A DNA stretch of 49,718 nt, counting the filler, from Ionaspis alba (Eukaryota): NCBI GenBank assembly GCA_964255285.1. It is 2 parts of 2 records of this genome, joined end to end, with 100 filler letters (N's around TTAATTAATTAA, not from the genome) between each part and the next. Parts side by side here need not be neighbours in the genome. Positions count along the whole stretch, not along the records: positions 24,914 to 49,718 come from CAXUUL010000167.1; 1 more part is not named here. The stretch is one strand, 5' to 3'. The translations under genes and the position numbers were made by a program. Within the stretch, counting starts at the first letter, position 1. Each line of letters opens with the position of its first letter. Under the pieces are notes generated by a model that did no database searches, was not told the origin of the DNA, and worked only from the letters and a program-made list of their open reading frames with translations. This document shows positions 37,766 through 49,718 of the stretch, piece after piece.

Positions 37766-39500
37766 ATGACTCGGAGAATAGTAAGTCGCCCATCAATGCG
37801 GCCCCAGTCTTGTCCCGAATTGCAGATTCGTGATGCTCAGATACCATTGCCAGGTCCGCACGAGCATTCAGCTTGGTCTCTTAATCTTCTTAGCCTTACT
37901 CTTCATCTTCCTCCTTGACAACCGATTCCGAGTCCTCCCTAACAAAATCCATGGCTACCTACCCCTCCACCACCCCGGTCTGGTACTCGTTGACATAACC
38001 GTCACAACCTGTACTATAATCTCTTCGTGCAAGCTTGATCAGTCAAGATGGCAACGTATCGAGAAGGACCTCTATCTCGACAAGGGCTGGTTCTCCCAAG
38101 CCTATGTCCACGTACAACGGAAGCGCGAAGAGGATCTCCTTGATACGGACCGAGTTGTCTTCGACGTGCGAATAGGCCGTCTTGATCCAACCACTTCAGA
38201 AAAAGATCAAGCACAAAACCGGTGGGAGTCTCGACCAGGGGGTATCTGGCTGTTGCGCTCCTCCAAGCGGCATGCATCAGATTCGGAAAAGGCGATAACG
38301 GCGGTGGATGTCCTCTTTGGCGCTGATGCTGTAGATCCTCGATTGGGCTGGGAGATCAAGGATCAAGGGATCATGATCAGCGCGTCTTCTGATATGCCCG
38401 AACCCCGCCTGAGCGTTCGTAAGGGCCCGGCAAAGACAATTACGAAGCCTCAACCACGGATTCGCAAAGACGGCAAGTTCAAGATCCTTCAGGTCTCGGA
38501 TCTTCACCTCTCTACTGGTATGGGACACTGCCGTGAGCCCGAACCACCTTCACCACGCGGTACCCGTTGCGAAGCTGACACCCGCACCCTCATGTTTGTG
38601 GGCTCCATCCTCGACAGCGAGAAACCCGATCTGGTCGTCCTAAGCGGCGACCAAGTCAACGGCGAGACAGCGCCAGATGCTCAATCTGCCGTGTTCAAAT
38701 TTGCTGAGCTCCTGATCCGACGTAATATCCCCTACGCAACTATTTTCGGCAATCACGACGACGAAGGCTCCTTGAATCGCGCTGGCCTCATGGCCCTCAC
38801 CCAGTCCCTTCCTCTCTCCCTGTCCGAGCCCGGCCCATCGACCGTTGATGGTGTTGGGAACTACGTGGTCGAAGTCCTTGCACGCGGCACCTCCAGCCAC
38901 TCGGCACTAACGCTCTACCTTCTCGATACGCATGGCTATTCGCCAGACGAAGCGCACTTTCAGGGCTACGACTGGCTCAAGAAATCACAAATAGATTGGT
39001 TCAAGGAGAGCGCGCGCTCGCTACATGAATCTACGGCTCACAAGGATTACGGGAGAATCCATCTAAACATGGCTTTCATTCATATTCCTCTGCCCGAGTA
39101 TCGGAATGTCGGCAACATCGTCCCAGACTCGGGACATTACCTTGAGCCGCCCACCGCGCCGGGCTTCAATTCGGGCTTCAAGGATGTGCTGATTGAGAAC
39201 GACGTTTTCGCTGTGAGTTGCGGGCACGACCATGCGAACGATTACTGCGTTATGGAGGGGCATTCGTCAGGCGGCTCTGAGACGAAAACCAGTGCTAATA
39301 AGCTGTGGATGTGCTACGCCGGTGGAAGTGGGTTTGGAGGCTATGGCGGGTATGGAGGATATCATCGCAGAGTGCGGGTTTGGGATTTCGATATGAACGA
39401 CGCGAGGGTTGAGACGTGGAAGAGGGTGGAGTGGGGGGAGACGGAGAAGAGAATTGATGTTAAGGTTGTGGTTGAGGGTGGGAAGGTGATTGGTGGGTGA
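37766..39500 (+). CDS. DCR2: Calcineurin-like metallophosphoesterase Dcr2 with N-terminal signal anchor
   Basis: MTRRI|VRT (intron 37781-37853); FKILQVSDLH, VVLSGDQ, FGNHD, AFIHIPLPEY, CGHDHAND and GFGGYGG. Confidence 0.9.
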
Positions 39501-40190
39501 GGGAATGAAGAGATTAGGTGTGTGGAGAGGGCCAAGGCACCTTTTGAGGTGTGCGGAGGCAGAGAATTCATGGTGAGGAGTGTATGGAGTAAGACGCTTC
39601 GCTTGGGGAGCGTAGGCGAGGTCAGCTTCGACGGGAAGGGGAACCCCTGCATCGGTCCAGCGATCTGTTACGAAATCTGGTCGAAGCTCTCGAAGATAGA
39701 AGATGGTTTAATATCTCGAAAGCTTAGTTTGTTAGCATTTTTTGGGAGCACATTATTGGACACCAATCGTCTCTTTGTGGCAGGAAAGGTTGGATGTCCT
39801 ATGCAGCTGTTGTCATTAGTGGCTCCACGGCTTCCCCATGCTCGTCAGTAGGCTCGTCAAACACCCGATGCCCTGAAGTCTTCAGTCACTTGGTTTGCGA
39901 ATAAGTCGTACGCTCACAACTAATCTCGTTTGGCTCCCTCATTTAGCTTCCCCAAAGCTTGGGGAGCACTTTTCAAAACCCAGTACTAGTTGGGCTTGTA
40001 ACATGGATTGCCTTAGAGTGACACCGCGTGAATGCGTCAAGGGACTAGTGCTAGGCGCCTCCGGCCGAGACTAGCGTGGTTCAGTCTGTAGAGGTCGCGC
40101 TTAAATTATCTGAACTTAGATCCTGGTCGCGAGTCTTGAGAAAGACACAACCCTGCCATCAAAAACGCCATCGGCAGAACGAGTGCAAAT

Positions 40191-43100
40191 ATGGCAGACC
40201 CCAACAATGTCTCGCAGTACAAGTACTCGGCGATGTCCAACCTGGTCCTCCAGGCGGACCGCCGGTTTGTGACTCGCAGAAATGATGAGGTTACAGGCGA
40301 CCCAGAATCGCTGGCCGGTCGGATCAACATACGGGATATGGGTTCGAGGAGTACAAAAGATGAGACAATCCAGAAACAGGCGAAGAAGAAGAATACCGGC
40401 CCACAAGACGTGCAGCGAGGCAGTATCCGCGAAGGTGAAGATGTGTTGGAGCGAGAAAGAAAGAGGCGGAAGGCAGATCCCGCCACCGTTCTTTCAGCAG
40501 CAGATGCTATGGTAGAGGGTCTAAGATACAGACCCAGAACGCCCGCTACCAGGCAGACGTACAACCTTATCCTCACCACTACGGCTAATAACCTGGGTGA
40601 TGTTCCCCACGAGGTGGTCAGAAGTGCCGCAGATGCCGTGCTCGAGTTCTTGAAGGACGAGAACATGAAAGACTTCGACAAGAAGAAAGAAATTGACGAT
40701 CTATTGGGATCTTCTATGGGCTCGAAAGAATTTAATGAATTAGTCAATCTGGGCAAAAAGATCACTGATTACGATGCACAAGATGACGACGAGGAGGTTG
40801 GAGATGGTCCAGATCTGGGGGATGCAGAGTTGGACGAAAAACAAGGAGTTGCGGTGGTTTTCGACGAGTCAGATGATGATGATGACGACGAAACCGCGAG
40901 GATACACGAAGTCAAAGATGAGGAAGATTCCTCCGATGACGAGGACGTCAAATCTGATGCGGACGACGATGCTGCGGATGCCAAATCGCCGGGAGATGAC
41001 CAAGAGATGGTCATCGACGGAGGAGCGCAGCCGTCTGCTACGAAGCGGACCTCTGAAAACATCATTTCCGCAAGGGAAGTCGATGCTTTTTGGCTGCAAC
41101 GTCAAATCGGCAGCGTCTACGAAGATGCCCATATTCAGCAGTCTAAAACACAGGAGTCCCTCCGCATATTGTCTGGGACAGCTACGGATGGCGAGGCATT
41201 GGCATTGCGAGAAATCGAAAATAGTCTAATGGAGGCCTTCGACTACGAACATCATGACTTAGTTGAGAAATTGATTGTCAACCGAGATCGCATTGTGTGG
41301 GCCACCCGGTGGCACCAAGCCACTGAAAAGGCTGAAGTCGAACGCGAAATGGTATCGGCAGGCCACAGCGATATAGTAGAAGAGATACGCGGTGGTCAGA
41401 TCCCGAAGAAGCTGAAACTCGATTTGATGGACCTCGACATTCCAACATCAAATGGCGTGGAGCCTCCCAAGGACGGTTCTCTCGTGGGAGGGCTTCAACC
41501 AAAGCGGCTAATCAACCTGGAGAACCTAGTTTTTGATCAAGGAAACCATTTGATGACGAATCCTAATGTCAAGTTGCCTCAAGGGTCAACGAAAAGAACG
41601 TTCAAAGGCTATGAAGAGATACATGTACCAGCTCCGAAGCGTCATAAAGACACGAATGAGCGGCCTGAGATGTCAGCGTCCGAGCTACCTGACTGGGCCC
41701 GTCCCGGCTTTGGGTCGTCGGCAAAACTCAACAGAATACAGACGAAATGCTTCCCTGCGGCATTCGAAGATGACGGTAACATGTTGATATGTGCGCCTAC
41801 AGGGTCTGGAAAGACCAATGTTGCCATGCTAGCTATGCTCAGGGAGATCGGGAAACATCGAAATCCAGAGACCGGGGAGATCATGCTCGACGATTTCAAG
41901 ATCGTCTACATCGCACCTCTCAAGGCCTTGGTACAAGAACAAGTGGGAAACTTTGGCAAGCGTCTCGAGTCTTACGGCGTTAAGGTATCGGAACTCACTG
42001 GAGACCGACAGCTTACCAAGCAACAAATCGCTGATACCCAGATTATCGTCACAACACCCGAGAAGTGGGACGTCATTACTCGGAAGGCTACTGACATGAG
42101 CTACACGAATCTGGTGAGATTGATTGTGATTGACGAAATACACCTTCTACATGACGACAGAGGTCCAGTACTCGAGAGCATAGTTAGCAGGACGATCCGC
42201 AAGATCGAGCAGACAGGGGATCCTGTACGTTTGATCGGGCTCAGTGCTACGCTTCCCAACTATAGGGATGTTGCGAGCTTCCTACGCGTGGATCCTCTCA
42301 AAGGTCTTTTCCATTTCGACGGATCCTTCCGGCCCTGTCCGCTACGACAAGAGTTTATCGGTGTTACTGAGAAGAAAGCCATCAAACAGCTCAAGACTAT
42401 GAATGACGTCTGCTACACCAAGGTCATGGAGCAAGTTGGTACGAACAAGCAGCAGCTACTGATATTTGTGCACTCGAGAAAGGAGACTGCGAAGACAGCC
42501 AAGTACATTCGAGACAAGGCACTGGAATTGGAGACTATTGGCCAGATCTTACGAAGTGATGCCGCCAGTCGAGAAGTCCTGACAGAGGAAGCCGATGGAG
42601 TCGCAGATCGAGACTTGAAAGACCTAATGCCGTATGGGTTCGGTATTCATCATGCCGGAATGTCTCGTGCCGATCGCAGCTCTGTTGAAGATCTCTTCTC
42701 AGACGGCATGATTCAAGTCCTTGTCTGCACTGCGACTCTAGCCTGGGGAGTGAATCTGCCAGCTCATACCGTTATCATCAAAGGAACACAAATATACTCC
42801 CCCGAAAAAGGAAGCTGGGTCGAGTTGAGTCCTCAAGATGTTTTACAGATGCTCGGACGTGCCGGTCGTCCTCAATTCGATTCATTCGGTGAGGGTATCA
42901 TCATCACAACACAGGCGGAGATTCAGTATTACCTCTCGCTCCTCAATCAGCAGCTGCCAATCGAGAGCCAATTTGTCAGCAAGCTTGCCGATAATCTCAA
43001 CGCCGAGATTGTTCTGGGCAGTATTCGAAGCCGAGATGACGGTGTCGAATGGCTCGGATACACGTACCTTTTCGTGCGAATGCTGAGATCGCCGGGCTTG

Positions 43101-46100
43101 TACAGTGTTGGTGCGGAGTATGAGAACGACGACTCGCTAGAGCAGAAACGTGTCGACTTGATACACTCGGCTGCAACGGTGCTAGAGAAATCGAGCCTTG
43201 TGAAATACGACAAGAAGACCGGGAAACTCCAGTCAACGGAATTGGGGAGAATTGCGTCGCATTACTACATTACTCACCACTCTATGCTTATCTACAATCA
43301 CCACATTCAGCCAATGATCACGCCAATAGAGCTTTTCCGAGTTTTCTCGTTGAGCGACGAATTCAAGTACATACCTGTTCGTCAGGACGAGAAACTTGAG
43401 CTGGCGAAGCTGCTCGGTCGTGTGCCTATACCAGTGAAAGAAAGCATAGAAGAGCCTCATGCCAAAATCAACGTTTTGCTCCAGGCTTACATTTCGAGAT
43501 TGAGACTAGAGGGACTTGCACTAATGGCTGATTTGGTTTATGTCACTCAATCGGCAGGCCGAATATTACGTGCGATATTTGAAATCTCGCTGAAAAAGGG
43601 CTGGGCATCCGTAGCCAAAACAGCCCTGGACTTGTGCAAGATGGCTGAAAAGCGAATGTGGCCGACGATGACACCCCTCCGGCAATTCCCCAACTGCCCG
43701 AGGGATATAATCCAGAAAGCAGAGCGAATCGACGTTCCCTGGTCTAATTACTTTGATCTTGACCCTCCACGAATGGGAGAACTATTGGGTATGCCAAAGG
43801 CTGGAAGGACTGTTTGCAATTTGGTACAGAAGTTTCCTAGACTGGAGGTACAAGCCCAGGTGCAACCAATGACAAGATCAATGCTCCGTGTCGAATTGAC
43901 GATTACGCCAACGTTCGAATGGGACTCTGCTCTACATGGTGCAGCTGAGAACTTCTGGATTATCGTCGAAGACTGCGATGGAGAGGACATATTATTCCAC
44001 GATCAGTTCTTGTTACGAAGCAATTACGCTCAATCTGAGATGAATGAACATCTCGTCGAATTCACAGTACCAGTCACGGAACCAATGCCTCCAAACTATT
44101 TCATCAGTCTGATCTCGGATCGATGGATGCACTCAGAAACCAAGATCGCTGTCTCATTTCAGAAGCTAGTATTACCAGAGAAATTCCCAGCACATACGCC
44201 TCTGCTAGATTTACAACCTCTCCCAGTTGCAGCACTTAAGAAACCAGAGTATCAGAATTTATATCCCAATTGGAAAACGTTCAATAAGATTCAGACTCAG
44301 ACCTTCAACTCTCTTTTCGCGACCAATGATAATGTTTTCGTGGGTGCATCGACTGGAAGTGGAAAGACGGTCTGCGCGGAATTTGCGTTACTTAGACATT
44401 GGTCGTCTAAATCCGGTGGACGAGCTGTCTATATAGCGCCTTTCCAAGAGCTAGTTGACCAGAGACTTGCCGAGTGGGAGAAGAAATTCAGTCAGATCGG
44501 CGATGGAAAAGCGATCGTTAAGCTCAGCGGGGAGACCACGGCGGATCTCAAATTGTTGGAGAAGGGGGATCTCATACTGGCTACACCAGCCCAGTGGGAC
44601 GTCTTGTCGCGTCAATGGCAGCGACGGAAGAATGTCCAGAGTGTACAACTCTTCATCGCAGACGAGCTCCACATGCTTGGTGGTCATGGAGGATTTATTT
44701 ATGAGATCATTGTCTCCCGCATGCACCAAATTGCCTTGCAGACCGAAAACAACATGCGAATTATTGGGCTTAGCGTTTCCCTCTCGAATGCTCGAGACAT
44801 TGGCGAATGGATGGGGGCGACGAAACATACCATCTACAACTTCAGTCCACACGTTCGTTCTGTACATCTGGAGCTACATATCCAGTCTTTCACCATACCT
44901 CACTTCCCGTCTCTCATGCTAGCCATGGTAAAGCCGACTTATTCCTCGATAATTCAGATGTCTCCAGATAAGCCCGCCATAGTCTTTGTTCCTGGCCGAA
45001 AGCAAACTCGAACAACAGCTTTGAATCTACTCGCAGCATGTATTGCGGACGATGACGAGGACCGTTTCCTCCACGCCAGCATTGATGAGATTACTCCTCT
45101 GCTTGACCGGATCCACGAAAGAGCCTTAGCCGAGTCGATATCCCATGGTATTGGTTACTTCCATGAAGCCCTGAGCAGCAGCGATAAGCGCATTGTCTCC
45201 CATCTTTATGGCATTGGAGCGATCCAAGTCATGGTTGCGTCCAGAGATGTATGCTGGGAGATGAATGTCTCGGCATACTTGGTCATAGTCATGGGCACCC
45301 AGTTCTTCGAAGGACGAGAACATCGATACGTTGATTACCCAATCAGCGAGATTCTTCAGATGTTTGGCAAAGCTACCAAATCCCTAGGCAGCGCTTCGAG
45401 TCGAGGCGTCTTAATGGTTCCTGCTGTGAAAAGAGACTACTACAAGAAGTTCTTGAATGAAGCTTTACCCATCGAAAGCCATCTACAAGTATATCTGCAC
45501 GATGCCTTTGTCTCCGAAATCAGTACAAAGATGATTGCTTCGACACAGGATGCAGTGGATTGGGCAACGTACACTTATTTCTATAGAAGACTTCTTGCAA
45601 ACCCCAGCTACTATGGCTTGGTGGACACGTCACATGAAGGTCTGAGTACACATCTGTCTGAGCTCGTGGAGAACACTCTCAAGGATCTCTCGGAAGCCAA
45701 GTTGATTGAGATGGATGAAGAGGACGACACAGTGACACCTCTCAATGCAGCAATGATTGCAGCGTACTATAATATTTCCTTCATCACGATGCAAACGTAT
45801 CTTCTTTCATTGACAGGGCGGACTAAGCTGAAAGGCATTCTTGAGATTGTCACGTCAGCCACCGAGTTCGAGTCTATCCAGATACGCCGTCACGAGGACA
45901 ATATATTACAAAGGATCTACGACCGAGTCCCTGTCAAAATGGCTCAGCCATCCTACGAGTCACCTCACTTCAAAGCGTTCGTTCTACTACAAGCACACTT
46001 CTCACGGATGCAGCTGCCAGTGGATTTAGCAAAGGACCAGGAGATGATACTTTCCAAAGTGCTCAACCTACTCAGTGGTTGTGTTGACGTCCTGTCCTCG

Positions 46101-46751
46101 GAAGGACACCTCAATGCAATGAGTGCGATGGAAATGTCGCAAATGGTCGTGCAAGCCATGTGGGACCGGGACAGCCCATTGAAGCAGATTCCGCACTTCA
46201 CGCCAGAAGTTATCGCCGAAGTGAACAAAGCCGGGGTCAATGACATCTTCGAATTTATGGAAGCTATGTCAGAGAAAGACTCTGCCGCGCTAATCAAACG
46301 AACCGGTCTAGACAATAAACAGTTAGGACAAGCTGCTGCCTTTACAAACAACAAGTATCCGAACATCGATCTCGAGTTCGAAAAAGAAGACGGCGAGATC
46401 ATGGCTGGTTCTCCGGCGTATCTCAAAGTCAAGATCGAGCGGGAGATGGATGAAGACGATGAGGACGAGCCGGACATCACAGTTCATGCGCCTTTCTACC
46501 CTCTCAAGAAAATGGAGAACTGGTGGTTGGTGGTTGGCGGGGCGAATAATACTCTGCTGGCGATCAAGAAGGTTACCATCGGTAGGAAATTGGAGCTGCG
46601 GCTCGAATACGTCGTTCCTACGCCTGGAAAGCATGAGCTTACACTCTACCTGATGTCGGATAGCTATGTGGGCGTTGATCAGGATCCTACGTTCGAGGTG
46701 GAGGCTGTCGAGGGGATGGACGAGGATGAAGACGAAGAGGATGACGAGTGA
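40191..46751 (+). CDS. BRR2: U5 snRNP 200-kDa Ski2-like helicase Brr2
   Basis: Single 2186-aa ORF; QYKYSAMSNLVLQADRRF; two helicase cassettes (APTGSGKT/DEIH and STGSGKT/DELH), each followed by a Sec63 domain. Confidence 0.98.
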   Translation: MADPNNVSQYKYSAMSNLVLQADRRFVTRRNDEVTGDPESLAGRINIRDMGSRSTKDETIQKQAKKKNTGPQDVQRGSIREGEDVLERERKRRKADPATVLSAADAMVEGLRYRPRTPATRQTYNLILTTTANNLGDVPHEVVRSAADAVLEFLKDENMKDFDKKKEIDDLLGSSMGSKEFNELVNLGKKITDYDAQDDDEEVGDGPDLGDAELDEKQGVAVVFDESDDDDDDETARIHEVKDEEDSSDDEDVKSDADDDAADAKSPGDDQEMVIDGGAQPSATKRTSENIISAREVDAFWLQRQIGSVYEDAHIQQSKTQESLRILSGTATDGEALALREIENSLMEAFDYEHHDLVEKLIVNRDRIVWATRWHQATEKAEVEREMVSAGHSDIVEEIRGGQIPKKLKLDLMDLDIPTSNGVEPPKDGSLVGGLQPKRLINLENLVFDQGNHLMTNPNVKLPQGSTKRTFKGYEEIHVPAPKRHKDTNERPEMSASELPDWARPGFGSSAKLNRIQTKCFPAAFEDDGNMLICAPTGSGKTNVAMLAMLREIGKHRNPETGEIMLDDFKIVYIAPLKALVQEQVGNFGKRLESYGVKVSELTGDRQLTKQQIADTQIIVTTPEKWDVITRKATDMSYTNLVRLIVIDEIHLLHDDRGPVLESIVSRTIRKIEQTGDPVRLIGLSATLPNYRDVASFLRVDPLKGLFHFDGSFRPCPLRQEFIGVTEKKAIKQLKTMNDVCYTKVMEQVGTNKQQLLIFVHSRKETAKTAKYIRDKALELETIGQILRSDAASREVLTEEADGVADRDLKDLMPYGFGIHHAGMSRADRSSVEDLFSDGMIQVLVCTATLAWGVNLPAHTVIIKGTQIYSPEKGSWVELSPQDVLQMLGRAGRPQFDSFGEGIIITTQAEIQYYLSLLNQQLPIESQFVSKLADNLNAEIVLGSIRSRDDGVEWLGYTYLFVRMLRSPGLYSVGAEYENDDSLEQKRVDLIHSAATVLEKSSLVKYDKKTGKLQSTELGRIASHYYITHHSMLIYNHHIQPMITPIELFRVFSLSDEFKYIPVRQDEKLELAKLLGRVPIPVKESIEEPHAKINVLLQAYISRLRLEGLALMADLVYVTQSAGRILRAIFEISLKKGWASVAKTALDLCKMAEKRMWPTMTPLRQFPNCPRDIIQKAERIDVPWSNYFDLDPPRMGELLGMPKAGRTVCNLVQKFPRLEVQAQVQPMTRSMLRVELTITPTFEWDSALHGAAENFWIIVEDCDGEDILFHDQFLLRSNYAQSEMNEHLVEFTVPVTEPMPPNYFISLISDRWMHSETKIAVSFQKLVLPEKFPAHTPLLDLQPLPVAALKKPEYQNLYPNWKTFNKIQTQTFNSLFATNDNVFVGASTGSGKTVCAEFALLRHWSSKSGGRAVYIAPFQELVDQRLAEWEKKFSQIGDGKAIVKLSGETTADLKLLEKGDLILATPAQWDVLSRQWQRRKNVQSVQLFIADELHMLGGHGGFIYEIIVSRMHQIALQTENNMRIIGLSVSLSNARDIGEWMGATKHTIYNFSPHVRSVHLELHIQSFTIPHFPSLMLAMVKPTYSSIIQMSPDKPAIVFVPGRKQTRTTALNLLAACIADDDEDRFLHASIDEITPLLDRIHERALAESISHGIGYFHEALSSSDKRIVSHLYGIGAIQVMVASRDVCWEMNVSAYLVIVMGTQFFEGREHRYVDYPISEILQMFGKATKSLGSASSRGVLMVPAVKRDYYKKFLNEALPIESHLQVYLHDAFVSEISTKMIASTQDAVDWATYTYFYRRLLANPSYYGLVDTSHEGLSTHLSELVENTLKDLSEAKLIEMDEEDDTVTPLNAAMIAAYYNISFITMQTYLLSLTGRTKLKGILEIVTSATEFESIQIRRHEDNILQRIYDRVPVKMAQPSYESPHFKAFVLLQAHFSRMQLPVDLAKDQEMILSKVLNLLSGCVDVLSSEGHLNAMSAMEMSQMVVQAMWDRDSPLKQIPHFTPEVIAEVNKAGVNDIFEFMEAMSEKDSAALIKRTGLDNKQLGQAAAFTNNKYPNIDLEFEKEDGEIMAGSPAYLKVKIEREMDEDDEDEPDITVHAPFYPLKKMENWWLVVGGANNTLLAIKKVTIGRKLELRLEYVVPTPGKHELTLYLMSDSYVGVDQDPTFEVEAVEGMDEDEDEEDDE

Positions 46752-46993
46752 TTTTGAGATACCAAAACTACAAGGCGTTTTTAGGAGCTTCGAGCAGGAT
46801 CTATGTTAGATAGGTGAATCGTGGAGTCACAGATAAAGGAACCTGAAGAGTATCCAACAAGATGTGCAAATAGCTCTAAATGACTGGAACTTTATAATTG
46901 GAAAACAATATAGTTATTCTATTACGCCGGAGTGATGACCTGCGCCTTCCGTTCGCTCGAAGAACCTCCCGAAACTCCCTCTACTTCCTGACA

Positions 46994-47422
46994 TCAGAAC
47001 CCCTTCCTCCGCCACACCCCTCTCTCCCTCTCCCTTTCCAAGCCCCTCCTAACCATTTCATCAACCCACCTCTCGACCTCACCCTCCGCAGCCACCGGAC
47101 TCTCACACCCCCTCAGACCAACAAAACGTCCAAACCTGCGTCTCTTGTCCTCGATCCCAGCAGCCCTTCCCCAGCGCTCGATCACCGGTGCAGGATAGTC
47201 GAAGCTGAAGGCTGTGGGTGTGCGCTGATGGTAGAAATGGGCCAGCGAGTCCAGCTCGGATTCGGTGAGGAGGTGGTAGTGGAGAAGGGTTTTGGGGAAG
47301 GAGGGGTGTGGGATTCCGGTCGTGATGGAGAGGAGGGGGTGGAGAGGGACGGAGAGATGAGTGAGATAGCGCCTCAGGAGGAGCGTTGATTGGGCCTGCT
47401 GGGTTTGGTTTGCGGCCGACAT
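46994..47422 (-). CDS. Small conserved fungal hypothetical protein
   Basis: 142-aa ATG-initiated ORF with HPSFPKTLLHYHLL...LDSLAHFYHQ and KRRRFGRFVGLRGCESP, which I recognise as a recurrent ascomycete motif set; function unknown. Confidence 0.75.
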   Translation of the reverse strand: MSAANQTQQAQSTLLLRRYLTHLSVPLHPLLSITTGIPHPSFPKTLLHYHLLTESELDSLAHFYHQRTPTAFSFDYPAPVIERWGRAAGIEDKRRRFGRFVGLRGCESPVAAEGEVERWVDEMVRRGLERERERGVWRRKGF

Positions 47423-49718
47423 TTTGATTTGAGTCCTCTTTGACTTGATTGAAGGTAGTCGTATATTGTTTTGGTCTTATCTTGTGTCCACTTGGACAGA
47501 TGGAATTTCAGATGGGGTATAGCTGGCTTCACCAGGATGTCGAGATACTGAGAGCTGATGGAGTAGAACCTGCGCGGGGACAAGGGGCATTTTTGATAGA
47601 ATTGACAAGGTCTTTGTGCTTGTATTTGCTCTTTGTTGACTTTAAGATAGTGAACATAGATTTTAGACATGTCTTTATCGAGCTAAATTAAGAATTGTTC
47701 CAAGCACACCGCTGCTCTTTATCCTTTGTGACTGTCTTTCCTTATGGCTCAAGCTGATGCGTGCTTGATAGAGAAAGGAAAAAGAGGGAAATGAAACATG
47801 GTGATAATGTCAGCAAGAAGCATGCCATGTTACCATGACCCCTGGGTGATAGCCGCAAGAGAACAGTAAAGCACAGAAGGGAACAAGTTTAGGACACTGA
47901 CGGTATCAGATTATATTATTCTACCATTCCACCTTCCACTCGGCTCAAACACGGCAGTGAGTCTCATTAAAGAATATGTCTTTCTCCTAACAGAAATAAG
48001 TCAAATCAGACAAAGATGCTTGCATTTTCAGAATAGTCCAGCGCAATTGGTACGTAGACGTCAAAGTACTCGTATGCCTGAAGCGTCTCTGCCTCTAACC
48101 GTAAATCTTGTGCTCTTTGTTTCCTCGGGGTGGCAGAGTGGTTGATGGGAGTTATAGGTTGATGAGGGGGGTCGCTTCCATCGGAGCCAGCGCTAATAAC
48201 CAAAACGTCTTCTGACAGTGTCCTTCTGTTCCTTCCATGAGAACGATTAGAAAGCTACAAGACTAACGTCCATCATTAACGTCAAGAACCTTACAATGAG
48301 GTGCTTGCAGAAGGCGGCGGCATGGAAGTGGCTCGAATGATTTGCTTTGGTCCACAGGTTCTACTCGAACAAGCGCTGAAAGGCAGCTTCAACCATTTTC
48401 GCAATGTCTCCCATGGTCTCTTTGACCTTTATCTGCACACTTACCATCAAAAGTCGTGCTCACACTGAGCTGACACCGTCTAATAGTCGTGTTTTCATTA
48501 GAGTCTATGAAGCAACATATGTGCACTTCTCAGCGGTCCAGAATGCCTCAAACTAAGACCTCTAACATAGTTGCAGGAGGTAGGCCACTTTCCGTCAGGC
48601 ATCAATACTACGACAAATGGGACTCAAACTTAGCTCGTTGCTTTGACAACTACGAGACACTGTCCTTTGGGCCAGACCTGGAAGCAGTGCCTGTCCCAGA
48701 TCTCTTACACAAAGACAGTTTGAGATCAATACTGCCGACACCACAATCCAGAAGACGGCAATACCGGGCTATAGACTTGAGGCTTTGCGTGTACTTCACG
48801 AATATTCAGATGTTCTCTTTATCACTTACCGCGTTGCCAATCTGAAGCTCGCCGCCATCTACTCCCACCCATCAGATTGTGACGACTACTCACTAGTATT
48901 GAACATTATCAACACAACTACAGATCTTACTGGGAGTCAAAAACTCGCTCAGAAAATTGGACAGAGACAAAAGCAGTTGGAATGTATAAGAGACAAACAA
49001 ACACTTCCCTCGAAGACACCCCAACGAAGTCTGGTTTGTTGGACATACCGTGAGGTCCTGCAGAGCTTATCATATTGGAAAGGACCGTACCGCATTGAAA
49101 TCAATCTTTATCTTTATCAGGTTTTTGATCTATGGCCATTTCTACAGTTGAGAACTCACTCCTGAATAATCTGATTAATGGTACTCTCCTGGAAATTGAC
49201 CGCTAGGTTATCGAAAGACTTTTCTATGTTTTCAAATGACGCACCGTACTGTTCTGTCCTATCGTGCTTGACATTCTAGTTCTTGTTTTGAGATGGCTTC
49301 GTATGTTTTGTATGTTGTATCTGTTCAGGCCTACCTCGTTTGCTGTCATCTCCGTTCTCCGGCTCAGGTCTCGCCATCTGTATGCTATCTCAAAGCATAC
49401 TAATGCTGCTTTCTCGTCCATTGATATCCCTGGGTCTCAAATCTATTTCGCAATGAAGTTTCAGCATGCTTTGTGGTCTTATCGCTAGCTTATGTTTCCG
49501 TTCTTTGTCATTTCCTCCTCACTTGGCCATGAGGAAATCCACTTTGACCCCCTGAAAACGAAAAGATTTGACTTATGGGGCCCTCGCCAACTACTGACTG
49601 CTTCCCTCTCCCTCCGACGTGCTTGTGCAGGAAGGACGCAGGATTCATGATCTCGAGTACGATGTTACAGAACATCTGAGCACCCTTGCGACGCAGCCGT
49701 GGTTGACGGTCGCACTCA

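Noticed and set aside
40191..46751. Intronless 6.5-kb BRR2 as a retrocopy
   Set aside because: No poly(A) remnant or TSD, the gene is intact, and long exons are common in ascomycetes.

Overview
Eukaryotic, intron-containing DNA from a filamentous ascomycete (short GT-AG introns with CTRAY branch sites; Pezizomycotina-type genes), with two 100-nt assembly gaps. There are two blocks of conserved genes. Block 1 (1-17001): MMS1/ThtA-like beta-propeller protein, TBC GAP GYP8, Yip1-domain protein, ubiquitin-RPL40, flavin-binding PNPOx-like protein, RRN7, a divergent eIF5A, VPS52. Block 2 (25974-47422): SMC1, GPC1, DCR2, BRR2, a small conserved hypothetical protein. Two accessory-looking islands interrupt them. 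Island A (about 17040-25130) holds an OSCA/CSC1 pseudogene, an intact RBR/IBR E3 ligase, a probable phosphotransferase relic, an intact QDE-2-type Argonaute and a minisatellite. Island B (about 32800-37600) holds a 297-bp hAT-type MITE with a perfect 8-bp target-site duplication, 274 bp upstream of an alpha/beta-hydrolase-NB-ARC-TPR NLR-like gene. In that gene, the choice of 3' splice site in intron 2 decides between a hydrolase-only protein and the full receptor. All exon boundaries were read by eye and family assignments come from motif recognition; no searches were run.
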